A stretch of DNA of 64,000 bases from Eubacteriales bacterium (lineage in GTDB: Bacteria; Bacillota; Clostridia; Lachnospirales; Lachnospiraceae), in NCBI GenBank assembly GCA_030539395.1, contig JAUNSC010000012.1, positions 10,390 to 74,389 on the forward strand, given 5' to 3'. The position numbers and the translations under genes were made by a program. Numbering within the stretch: the stretch's first letter is position 1; the number at the start of each line of letters is the position of its first letter. The notes below the pieces were generated by a model that worked only from the letters and a program-made list of their open reading frames with translations, ran no database searches and was not told the DNA's origin. Below are positions 8,653 to 17,846 of this stretch, piece by piece.

Positions 8653-11372
8653 TTATTGACTCCTTCTTTCTTTATCCCTGTATTTTTAAATTTCCTGATT
8701 CCTATCCATATTACCACAAACAGTACCCACGAAACAAGACTTATTATAACGCCTTCCCGAAACATCGGTGCATCGTACCGCACATCCAGTTCATAATCTC
8801 CGCTGTCTACCTCAAAGGCAATAAAGCCATAGTCCCCTTTTACCAGCTGCTGTTCTTGTCCATTTAAGTATACACTCCATCCGTTTTCATACGGAATTGC
8901 CAGCATTACCATACCATCTGTATCTGCATGTATACTGCCGGTAAGCCTTGTATCTTTCTGCGGTGCATCGATCCGGATAACAGCCTCCTGTGAAAAACTG
9001 CTCTCACCCTTTGTCCCAAAAAATTTTAAATCTGTTATCGCCGCAGTGATCCCGCCGTTTGTAATCTGTATTGTGATTTCTTCTGTATTCGCAGGAACTG
9101 CAAATTTGTATGTATGCTCTCCTGCATAATGATAGCAGACATGGGACCTGTCATCATTCATACGTATTTCAATTTCCGTACCCAGGTCTGTCTCCAACTT
9201 AAACTGCACCCAAACAGTATCATACTCCTGCAGTTCCTGCTGTTTAAGCGGAAGATATACAAAGTGCTCATTAAATACGGAGATAACATCATTTTTTGCC
9301 TGAAGTGTTTCGGTATCCAGATGAGCCTTATCCAGCAAATCTATTTCTTCACCTTTATACGCATTAAGCTCTTCCTCTCCTGTTTCAAAGGAATTTCCCT
9401 CTTCTGTGATCAGCACATCTTTTAACAAATTCCAGATATCCGCGTTTTTTACCTTCTCAACTGTTTCCTCTGACACGGTATTGGTAAAAAATTTACCAAT
9501 AGAATCAGTTTCCGTATTTTTGTAAATCGAAATATCGCCAATCTGGTGATATAATTCGTAACCGCTCACATCCAGTTCATCTGAACGGCTGAGAAGATAT
9601 TTTACTCCTGCAAGAGATGCCATATCCTGCTCTCTTACCGTATTAGAAAAACGGTAATGGTTATTATCATACCCTGTCAAAAGCTGCGGCCAGAGCTTCT
9701 TTACAAAACGGGCTATATTCTCATTCTGCACGGAATTATACGTACCGACTCCGGCGTACCCCTGAGCCATAGAATCCATACATCCCGATGCCGTGTGAAA
9801 GTCTTTTTCCACCCGGTAAAAAGAATCATCCTGCTGAGAGATCCAGTCCAGCGCTTCATTTATGGAAGAATGATATGTCTCTCCAAAATACGCAATATCA
9901 TTTTTCTTAAGCGTTCCTCTGTCCTGATAGCACAGCATCGTATCTGAAACGACATTTACAAACAGCATTGCCAAAAGTATCCAGGTGCACATTCTTTTGT
10001 CTGCCGGCTTTTTTCTCGTCACAGCAAAAAGCACTCCCGCCATAATAAGCCCGGTAAGGCAGAGAAGCAGAGCATTATTTTTTTCCGCAATGCTGTCCAT
10101 ATACCGGTATGCTTTTGCATAAACTGCCAGGATAGCTGCTATCGCCGCAAAAAAGCCTGCTATGCTGAGTCTTTCCTCTTCAAAAATCTGTTCCAGCATA
10201 TACGCGCTTATAAGAGCAAACAATGGCATCACTAAAAAGGTGTGACGTGAAAATGAGTATGCAAAACCATTAAATATCAGGCTTCCTGTCTGAATCATCA
10301 ATATAAACGCCACGGCCGCCGCGCTTAAATATTGGGCAATTTTCCTGCCCGGCTTTACTTTCTGCCTGTGGATCGTAAAGAAATACTGAACCAGCAGGAT
10401 AATAAAAAGCGTAGAGAAAAACAGGTTGATCGCTTCATAAAAATTGGCATGTCCTGAATATCCCGGCGCACTGTGCTGAAGATTCGATCCAAAAAGGCGG
10501 TAAGCAAAGGTTTTATAATAGCTCGTGGAATAAGGTTTTAAATTGCGGACAACCTTTTCCAGCAAAGACAAATCCGAGTCCATTCTGCTTGTCGTTCCCA
10601 GCTGAAACGCCGCAGCCGGCAGCAGATTGACTGCTCCCATAAAGAGCCCCAGTGCCATGGATGCTCCAATGGCAAAAAAATCTTTTACCTTCTTCTTCCA
10701 CTTTGCATCTTCATATAAAAATACGCGAAAAGCAACATAGATACCGCCGCCCAGCATACACATATATCCCAGATAAAAGCCGCCCAATATGATAATTGCC
10801 GATATAAAAGCTGTCCCCAAAACGGCCTTTCTTCTTTTTACGGTTTTCTCCACATACATCAGAAGCAGCGGCAGAAAAACTGCCACATATCCCATCTGAT
10901 AATGCTGTCCCCAAATCATCAGATAGCCATTAAAAGCATACATAAATGCTGCCGCAATCTTACCTCTTTCGCCGAAAGAAAACTCTGACAGAAAGAAATA
11001 ACACGCTGTTCCCGCAAGCAGGATCTGTAATATCTGAATATATACCATGCTCCCTGCTATATGTTCCGGTCCCAAAACTGTTCCGATAATATATACGGGT
11101 ATCATCAAAGGATGAAACAAATTCAGCTGGAACATGCTGCTTCCCAGTCCATTATAAAAATCCCACAGGCTGAAACTTCCGTTTCTCAAATGATTGGCAA
11201 GGCTGTTGTACCACATGATATACTGTTCTTTCGTATCAGAACCCACATCCGAAAATACCAGTGTCTCATTTCCCAGAATAAAACTGTGGAAAATAAGAAT
11301 GCAGGCTGCCGCTGTCATTCCCCACAAACAGAGCAGTGCCTTTTTCTCAATCTTTTTTCTCTCTTGCCGCAT
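8649..11372 (-). CDS. YfhO-family polytopic membrane glycosyltransferase (GT-C type) with a large C-terminal extracytoplasmic domain
   Basis: 907 aa. The N-terminus has the characteristic YfhO pattern (GNETLVFSDVGSDTKEQYIMWYNSLANHLRNGSFSLWDFYNGLGSS). About 13 hydrophobic segments follow, then a roughly 400-aa soluble domain and a final TM. Confidence 0.8.
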   Translation of the reverse strand: MRQERKKIEKKALLCLWGMTAAACILIFHSFILGNETLVFSDVGSDTKEQYIMWYNSLANHLRNGSFSLWDFYNGLGSSMFQLNLFHPLMIPVYIIGTVLGPEHIAGSMVYIQILQILLAGTACYFFLSEFSFGERGKIAAAFMYAFNGYLMIWGQHYQMGYVAVFLPLLLMYVEKTVKRRKAVLGTAFISAIIILGGFYLGYMCMLGGGIYVAFRVFLYEDAKWKKKVKDFFAIGASMALGLFMGAVNLLPAAAFQLGTTSRMDSDLSLLEKVVRNLKPYSTSYYKTFAYRLFGSNLQHSAPGYSGHANFYEAINLFFSTLFIILLVQYFFTIHRQKVKPGRKIAQYLSAAAVAFILMIQTGSLIFNGFAYSFSRHTFLVMPLFALISAYMLEQIFEEERLSIAGFFAAIAAILAVYAKAYRYMDSIAEKNNALLLCLTGLIMAGVLFAVTRKKPADKRMCTWILLAMLFVNVVSDTMLCYQDRGTLKKNDIAYFGETYHSSINEALDWISQQDDSFYRVEKDFHTASGCMDSMAQGYAGVGTYNSVQNENIARFVKKLWPQLLTGYDNNHYRFSNTVREQDMASLAGVKYLLSRSDELDVSGYELYHQIGDISIYKNTETDSIGKFFTNTVSEETVEKVKNADIWNLLKDVLITEEGNSFETGEEELNAYKGEEIDLLDKAHLDTETLQAKNDVISVFNEHFVYLPLKQQELQEYDTVWVQFKLETDLGTEIEIRMNDDRSHVCYHYAGEHTYKFAVPANTEEITIQITNGGITAAITDLKFFGTKGESSFSQEAVIRIDAPQKDTRLTGSIHADTDGMVMLAIPYENGWSVYLNGQEQQLVKGDYGFIAFEVDSGDYELDVRYDAPMFREGVIISLVSWVLFVVIWIGIRKFKNTGIKKEGVNK

Positions 11373-11383
11373 CTTATTCCTCT

Positions 11384-13858
11384 CTAAACTCGTAATGAAA
11401 AGTCCGATTTATTAAGTGTCAGGTTCGGATTGTATGCCGGATCTCCTTTCTCCAGAATATCCGGCCATTTTTTCAGAAAGAGATCCGCCTCTCTGTTAAA
11501 CCGGGCCACTTTTTCAGGCGTATCTTCATATCCTCTTGACTTTGATTCATAATGATATAGCTGCGCATATGGATTATATACCACCAGCTTCCCGCTTTTT
11601 CTTATCTTCAGGCAAAGATCAATATCATTAAACGCCACCCTCAGTGTCTCATCAAATCCGCCTGCCGTTTCAAACGCCTTACGTTTAACCATCATACAGG
11701 CGGCCGTAACTGCACTTAAGTCTGCAGCACAGATAATTCTTGAAAAATATCCATTTTCCGTCCGGTGTTTTCCGATAAATGCATGACCGGCAATACCTCC
11801 AAAACCTATAATAACACCTGCATGCTGAATCGTATCATCCGGATAAAAAAGTCTCGCTCCAACAGCACCCACATCTTCCCGCATACATGGTCCGAGAAGT
11901 TCTTCAATACAGTCTTCGTTTATCATTTCAATATCATTATTTAAGAACAAAAGATACTCGCCTTTCGCATGATCCACGCCAAAATTGTTAATTCTGGAAT
12001 AATTAAATTCTTCTGCCCAGTAAACCACATGCACATTGGGATACTTCGTCTCAATTTCCTTATAGAAAGCAAACGTTGCATCCTCTGTACTGTTATTTTC
12101 TACAATAATAAATTCCAGATTCGGATAAGCAGATTTATTTCGCACAGAATCAATACATTTCCGCAGATCTTCCGAATGGTCTTTATTCGGAATAATCACA
12201 GAAACAGGCGGATACTCCTCAAACAGATAGCGGGTCCGATATAATCCCGGATATTCCCCCTCTTCCACAACCGCATTGATCCCAAGCCTGTCATAATGCG
12301 CCTGAACGGCTCTTTTTCCTGCAGCAAAAGCATAACGCTTGCTCTCAGGATTCTCTGCTGTGGAATCTTTATGCGCTCTCCAATGATACAGCACCCTCGG
12401 AATATGGTAGATCCGCCGTGCCTGCTCCACACATCTCAAAACAAAATCGTAATCCTGCGCTCCGTCAAACTCAGGATCAAGATATCCGGCTTTTTCAAAA
12501 AGCTCTCTTTTCACAGCCACCAGATGACAAAAATAATTCATGCTCCGCAAAAGATCAATATTAAAGTCCGGTTTAAAATGGGGTTGGAAAAACTCCTTTC
12601 CATTCATTGTAACCTTATCTTCATCCGTATAGATCATATCAATATCCGGCTGCTCATTAATCACCCGGGCACACTCAAACAACGCATCCGGTGAAAGCAG
12701 GTCATCATGGTCTGCAAAAACAATGAAATCTCCCTCTGCTGCCTTTAAAGCCTCATTTGTATTTTCTGAGATAGCCATCTGCTTCCCCGAACAGACCACT
12801 TTTATTCTACGGTTTTTTTTCTGGATCTCATCCAGAAAATCCGTCAGGGGAGAATCCGGTCCGCTTCCATCAGACAGGCAAAGTTCCCAGTTACGATATG
12901 TCTGATTTTCCACAGAATCAATGAGTTCTTTCAGATACTCCCGGGGTGTGCGGTATAGCGGGACCACAATGCTGAATAATGGCTGATACGGAAATACCGT
13001 CTTTTTCTGTGATGCCAGTTCTTCGCCTGACGGTATGCGTGTTTTCCGCCATTTCATATAATTTTCTCCGGTACTGTTTCCGCCTGAAAATATCTTTTCA
13101 ACGCAGCGCTTTGCTGTCCGCTTCAGACCATTGCGCTTAAAATATGCCGTTCCTTTCTGCCAGAGCGACGGCGTGCCTGTTGTCTTTGCCCCTCTTTTTA
13201 CCGAAACTCTGTAAACTGCTTTTTGTTCTCCGGCCTGCAAAAGGATTTTTACATGTCCCGACCGGGGTCTGACAAACATCACCTCAAATCCCATCTGTTC
13301 CGGAACGGCCATTTCTGTCCGGTTCTCTTCCAGTTCCGGAAATCCACTCCTTACATCTTCACGGTAATGCCACTTTATTTCAGATGGAATCTCGTTTCCA
13401 TTATCATCCGTAACTTTGATACAGCAGGGCTCATTTCCGGCCGCCCAGCCGCCTGCACATATTTTTCCGCGCTCCTCACGCCAGCTTTCCAGATAACTTT
13501 CCAGTTCTTTCTGCTTTTTCTGAAGCGCTGCTGTGTGTATTGAATGGATACGCTTTTTCTCATCAGACTGATACTGATACACTTCCAGCCGGGAGCACTC
13601 CGTAAAGTTCTCCGGAAGAGTGATCCATACATCATACTCCCGGTCAATATATCCTGATGCCGGTGCCTGTGCCATATATTTCTGGCGCACTGCAATCCCC
13701 TCTCTTACAGAAGTGCCAACTTCCAGTTCCTGTCCGTCCAAAAATGCTCTTAATCTGCTTCCCGCAATGGAATTCCCCATAAAATACCCCTGCAGCACAT
13801 ATACATATGGCTGCCCGATACAAAATCTGTTCCGCTGCAGAATAAACAATCGTTCCAT
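11384..13858 (-). CDS. Dual-domain GT2 glycosyltransferase with a ~290-aa beta-rich N-terminal extension (paralogue 2)
   Basis: 824 aa. The core from LFSIVVPLYRTPREYLKELIDSVENQTYRNWELCLSDGS (FADHDD), PVSVIIPNKDH (FLNNDI) to GDPAYNPNLTLNK is collinear with the 618- and 1010-aa paralogues. SD GGAGAT lies upstream. Confidence 0.8.
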   Translation of the reverse strand: MERLFILQRNRFCIGQPYVYVLQGYFMGNSIAGSRLRAFLDGQELEVGTSVREGIAVRQKYMAQAPASGYIDREYDVWITLPENFTECSRLEVYQYQSDEKKRIHSIHTAALQKKQKELESYLESWREERGKICAGGWAAGNEPCCIKVTDDNGNEIPSEIKWHYREDVRSGFPELEENRTEMAVPEQMGFEVMFVRPRSGHVKILLQAGEQKAVYRVSVKRGAKTTGTPSLWQKGTAYFKRNGLKRTAKRCVEKIFSGGNSTGENYMKWRKTRIPSGEELASQKKTVFPYQPLFSIVVPLYRTPREYLKELIDSVENQTYRNWELCLSDGSGPDSPLTDFLDEIQKKNRRIKVVCSGKQMAISENTNEALKAAEGDFIVFADHDDLLSPDALFECARVINEQPDIDMIYTDEDKVTMNGKEFFQPHFKPDFNIDLLRSMNYFCHLVAVKRELFEKAGYLDPEFDGAQDYDFVLRCVEQARRIYHIPRVLYHWRAHKDSTAENPESKRYAFAAGKRAVQAHYDRLGINAVVEEGEYPGLYRTRYLFEEYPPVSVIIPNKDHSEDLRKCIDSVRNKSAYPNLEFIIVENNSTEDATFAFYKEIETKYPNVHVVYWAEEFNYSRINNFGVDHAKGEYLLFLNNDIEMINEDCIEELLGPCMREDVGAVGARLFYPDDTIQHAGVIIGFGGIAGHAFIGKHRTENGYFSRIICAADLSAVTAACMMVKRKAFETAGGFDETLRVAFNDIDLCLKIRKSGKLVVYNPYAQLYHYESKSRGYEDTPEKVARFNREADLFLKKWPDILEKGDPAYNPNLTLNKSDFSLRV

Positions 13859-13880
13859 TCTTATTATATCTCCATTTCTT

Positions 13881-16800
13881 TTATACCAGAGTAAAGGGTG
13901 CTGCTTTCACCGAAAAATTCGGATTATAATACGGATCTCCCGCATCAACAGTCTCTCCCCAGTAATCTCTGAAACGTTCTACTTCTCTCTGAAAACGCTC
14001 CTGTTTTTCCGGGGTATCCTCGTATCCTCTGGACTTTGATTCATAATGATGCCACAGCGCAAAAGGATGCATTACGATCAGGTATCCTTCACTGCGCAGT
14101 TTCATACAAAAATCCACATCATTCAAAGCCACCGCAAATTCTTCGGAAAATCCTTCCACCTGCCGGTACACCTCACTGCGCACCATCATGCATGCCGCCG
14201 TAACCGCACTGAAATTTCCGGTAATTTTGGCTCTGGCCATATAGGCAGGATTGTCTTTTTCAAATCCGCTGAATACGTGACCTGCAAAACCTCCAAATCC
14301 AAGTACAATTCCCACATGCTGCACGGTATCATCTTCAAAAAGAAGTTTCGCCCCAACGGCTCCCACATCTTTTCGCATACAGTATCCCAGCATTTCCCCG
14401 ATACCATCCGGTGAGATCAGTTCCGTATCATTGTTCAGCAAAAGCAGATAGTCTCCCTTAGCCTTGCTGACCCCAAAATTATTGATGGCAGAATAATTAA
14501 ACTCCCTGTCCCATATTTCCACACGCACCTGAGGAAATTCACTTTGTATCTTTTTGTAATAATCCCAGGTCTGATCCTGCCTGCTGTTATTCTCCACCAC
14601 CACAATCTCCAGATTGCGGTAACTGCTCTTTTCCATAATAGAACGGATGCATTTATCCAGATCATCCGTATGGTCTTTGTTTGGTATAATTACGGAAACC
14701 AGAGGATTTTCCGGTGTATCATATGTCACATGATACATGGCATGCATCTCTGTCATTTCCACGCTGCCCTTTAATCCCATCCGTTTCAGATGTTCTTCAA
14801 CAGCCTTTTTTCCTGCTTCATAGGCATACATTTTGCTCTCAGGATTCTGAGCCGTAGAATTCCTGTGCATTCTCCAGTGATAAAGAATTTTGGGTACATG
14901 GCGCACTTCATTTGCCCTCTCCACGCTTCGCAGGATCAGATCGTAATCCTGAGCCCCGTCAAATTCACTCCGAAAGCCTCCAAGTTCATCAAACAGCGCT
15001 TTTTTTAAAACAAACAAATGAGTGATGTAATTGTGAGACCGGAGAAGATCCGGCGAAAAATCCGGTTTCAAATGTGGAGAAAAATATTCTTCCCCTTCTG
15101 TATCCACTTTATCTTCGTCTGTGTAAAGGACATCCGGCATCGTTTCCTGCATGGCATAAACAACCTCAAACAGCGCATCCGGTGAAAGCAGGTCATCATG
15201 GTCAAGAAGCGCAATATACTCTCCTGTTGCCATTGCCGCAGCTCCGTTTGTATTTCCGGAAATACCTGTGTTCTCTTTTAAAACTACATACTTTATTCTC
15301 TCGTCTGCCGCAGCGTAACCGTCCAGTATGTCTGTCACTTCCCTGCCGGAACCGCCGTCCGCGATACAAAGTTCCCAGTTCCCATATGTCTGGGCAACTA
15401 CCGAATCCAGCATCTCTTTTAAAAATTTCACAGGTGTCTTATACGTGGGCACAAGAATACTGATTTTCGGGCAGTACTGTGGCCTGCTCTTTCTCTGCGC
15501 AGCCAGCTCTTCTTCTGTCTTTGCATGCTGAAGATACCATTTATGATAGGTATTTTTGTCCAATGTGCGTTTCAAATGAGCGACCTGCCCATTTATGCGG
15601 ACAGAAAAGTAATTGCGCACGCTCCTGGCTTTCTCCATTGCACGAAATCCCTTCGTCCCACGGATTGCCTGAAGCTGCCCCCGCACATTTTCCAGTTCCT
15701 CAAAATATGCATCTCTCTGGCGGCGTATCTGAACGAATTCAGGAAGCAGTTCTTCCATTGTAACTGTCTGCAGCCACCCCCGGATTACAATCTTCTTTAT
15801 TTTCTGGAAAGCTCCGCTTACCGCATAAGCCGGATCTCTCGTCCAGAAAACATCCTCAGTGCCTTCACAAAAGCCATTTATTGCCGACATTTTAAGCGGC
15901 GTCTGAGCCGATAATTGATCAATCCTGATACGGCACAACTGGCCTTCCAGCGGATCCCACCGAAGCTTATGCTGCCCTTTCAGCACCTTTTCTCCGCCCG
16001 ACAGATCAAATTCTACTTCAAATCTTCCCGTCTCATCCGCTGTAAGCTGCGCCGCAATGCTCCATATCATCTCTCCCTGTTCACTCCACAAAGAGAGAGT
16101 ACTTTTAAAGCTGTTTCCCTGCTGCTTTTCTTTTCCAATTCCAAGCTGAGCCAGTGAGATACTTCCCGGAGAAATCCCGGCAAACATTTCCCGAAGGGGT
16201 ACATGGCTTCCGGTCACATACGCCTGAAAAGCCTTTTCCATCTCCTGATATGCCCTGATCTGGGCCACATCAATTTCTTCTTCTGCGCAATGTTTCACCA
16301 GCGTTTCACTCTGCTGAGGGAAATTACGGTAAATAAAATAACGCCAGATCCGGTAAATAATGAAATTTACCGGTATCGGAAAGTCAAATGTCCATTCATA
16401 GTCAATTAAAGTCCTGACATTTCCGTCCTGTGTCAGAACAATGTTTTCCAGAACCATATCAATATCCGTCACCGGCATGCATTTCAGTTCTCCCATAAAC
16501 CGGATATCTCCGAATACCTTTTTGAAGCCTTCCGTATATTCAAAGTCCTGAGTGGCGCACCTGCGCAGAACCGTCAGGAAGTCCTCCATGATCTGAAATG
16601 CCCGGTCTTTCTCGCCCTTTTGCACCAGATCATACAGCTGCTTCTCCAGTGTAACGCCGCCCTCAAGGTATTCCAGACAGACACTGCCGTCAGATATCTC
16701 CTTTACTTTGTTTACGCAGATTTCAAAGGGGGCAAACTGCTTCTGCAGTTTCTCATACCAGCCGCAGGTCTGTGCCACATGATTCTTCCCTTCCGGATAA

Positions 16801-16913
16801 CACGCGGTCTTTTCCACCGTTTTTGTACCCTTTTCATCTATCCATATATCTGTGCGGACAGAAAATTTACGGTCTCTTTCATTTGAATGTTTTGAAAACA
16901 CAATGTTTTTCAT
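13881..16913 (-). CDS. Kinase-like domain + spacer/coiled-coil + dual GT2 fusion protein (paralogue 3); candidate polymerase-terminator
   Basis: 1010 aa. Residues 1-230 show a protein-kinase/APH-like motif order: TVEKTA (Lys), LEYLEGG (hinge), TDIDMVLENIVL (D-x4-N catalytic loop) and, 14 aa later, LIDYEW (metal-binding Asp). Residues 396-430 are heptad-like (RRQRDAYFEELENVRGQLQAIRG). The GT2 core runs from KISILVPTYKTP (LLDHDD), LVSVIIPNKDH (LLNNDT) to GDPYYNPNFSVK. Confidence 0.75.
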   Translation of the reverse strand: MKNIVFSKHSNERDRKFSVRTDIWIDEKGTKTVEKTACYPEGKNHVAQTCGWYEKLQKQFAPFEICVNKVKEISDGSVCLEYLEGGVTLEKQLYDLVQKGEKDRAFQIMEDFLTVLRRCATQDFEYTEGFKKVFGDIRFMGELKCMPVTDIDMVLENIVLTQDGNVRTLIDYEWTFDFPIPVNFIIYRIWRYFIYRNFPQQSETLVKHCAEEEIDVAQIRAYQEMEKAFQAYVTGSHVPLREMFAGISPGSISLAQLGIGKEKQQGNSFKSTLSLWSEQGEMIWSIAAQLTADETGRFEVEFDLSGGEKVLKGQHKLRWDPLEGQLCRIRIDQLSAQTPLKMSAINGFCEGTEDVFWTRDPAYAVSGAFQKIKKIVIRGWLQTVTMEELLPEFVQIRRQRDAYFEELENVRGQLQAIRGTKGFRAMEKARSVRNYFSVRINGQVAHLKRTLDKNTYHKWYLQHAKTEEELAAQRKSRPQYCPKISILVPTYKTPVKFLKEMLDSVVAQTYGNWELCIADGGSGREVTDILDGYAAADERIKYVVLKENTGISGNTNGAAAMATGEYIALLDHDDLLSPDALFEVVYAMQETMPDVLYTDEDKVDTEGEEYFSPHLKPDFSPDLLRSHNYITHLFVLKKALFDELGGFRSEFDGAQDYDLILRSVERANEVRHVPKILYHWRMHRNSTAQNPESKMYAYEAGKKAVEEHLKRMGLKGSVEMTEMHAMYHVTYDTPENPLVSVIIPNKDHTDDLDKCIRSIMEKSSYRNLEIVVVENNSRQDQTWDYYKKIQSEFPQVRVEIWDREFNYSAINNFGVSKAKGDYLLLLNNDTELISPDGIGEMLGYCMRKDVGAVGAKLLFEDDTVQHVGIVLGFGGFAGHVFSGFEKDNPAYMARAKITGNFSAVTAACMMVRSEVYRQVEGFSEEFAVALNDVDFCMKLRSEGYLIVMHPFALWHHYESKSRGYEDTPEKQERFQREVERFRDYWGETVDAGDPYYNPNFSVKAAPFTLV

Positions 16914-16919
16914 TTAGAA

Positions 16920-17846
16920 TTATTCCCTCTCTAAAATAACCAGGTATGAATTGGAATACAACGGAAAAAGTCCGCATTCCAACATCGAATCAAAAGCAAG
17001 CTTCTCGTCAAAAAGTACAAGCCTGTCCCTGTCAAAATTCCAGATATTTGTATTTAACTCTCCCTTTTGCGGTAGATATTCATCGGAATAAATTGTCATG
17101 GGCAATTTATAATCAGGATAGGGATAATAGAACTTCCAGTTTTTAAACCCTGCCACAGCAAAAAGCTTTTCAAGTTCCGGCTTTGCAAAAGTTCTCACCG
17201 TACAGTCTTTTGAATAATTTTCCATTCCTTCAAACAGGTTTCCTGTGTGGTCTTCCCTGCATCCTGCCCAGTACTTCATTCCCAACCGGTTTTCTATGGC
17301 GATCACCACTTTCCCGCCCGGAGCAAGGTGTGCCGATATCTGACGCAGGAACTCAACATACGGCTGCTGTGTTCCAATATATCCCTGCGCGTATTCAAAC
17401 ACGCCGATCAGCGTGATATAATCATATTTTTTTGTCAGATTTTTTTCAATATCCTGAAAATTTCCCACCATAATCGTGAGATTATCTGCATTCTGATGTC
17501 TGTAAGCATTCACCAGACTTCTTTTTCTGGATAAATCCACGCAGGTGACATGCCCGGCTTTTTCTGTAAGCGCCCCTGTGATGGCTCCGCATCCTGCTCC
17601 GATTTCCAAAACCTCATCCGTTTTTCCAATCGGCAGCCAATCCACAATATTCTGACGGATGTGAGACATGTGATATAAAACAGCCCAGTCCTTTTCTCTA
17701 TCTATGACGGCATTCATTTCTTCTTCGCCGACAGTTCTGGCAATTTCCAGCAGCCGGTCCTCTATCTCACCATCACTGTAAAGATCTTTTCCCGGATACC
17801 AGGTATAGTCCAGGGTAACTTTCCCAATTTGTTCTCTGTCATTCAT
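16920..17846 (-). CDS. Class I SAM-dependent methyltransferase
   Basis: 308 aa with SAM motif I VLEIGAGCGAITGAL, then the acidic residue in CVDLS, and post-I/II motifs LIGVFEY and LAPGGKVVIAIENRLG. It overlaps the upstream Wzt gene by 8 nt. Confidence 0.85.
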   Translation of the reverse strand: MNDREQIGKVTLDYTWYPGKDLYSDGEIEDRLLEIARTVGEEEMNAVIDREKDWAVLYHMSHIRQNIVDWLPIGKTDEVLEIGAGCGAITGALTEKAGHVTCVDLSRKRSLVNAYRHQNADNLTIMVGNFQDIEKNLTKKYDYITLIGVFEYAQGYIGTQQPYVEFLRQISAHLAPGGKVVIAIENRLGMKYWAGCREDHTGNLFEGMENYSKDCTVRTFAKPELEKLFAVAGFKNWKFYYPYPDYKLPMTIYSDEYLPQKGELNTNIWNFDRDRLVLFDEKLAFDSMLECGLFPLYSNSYLVILERE

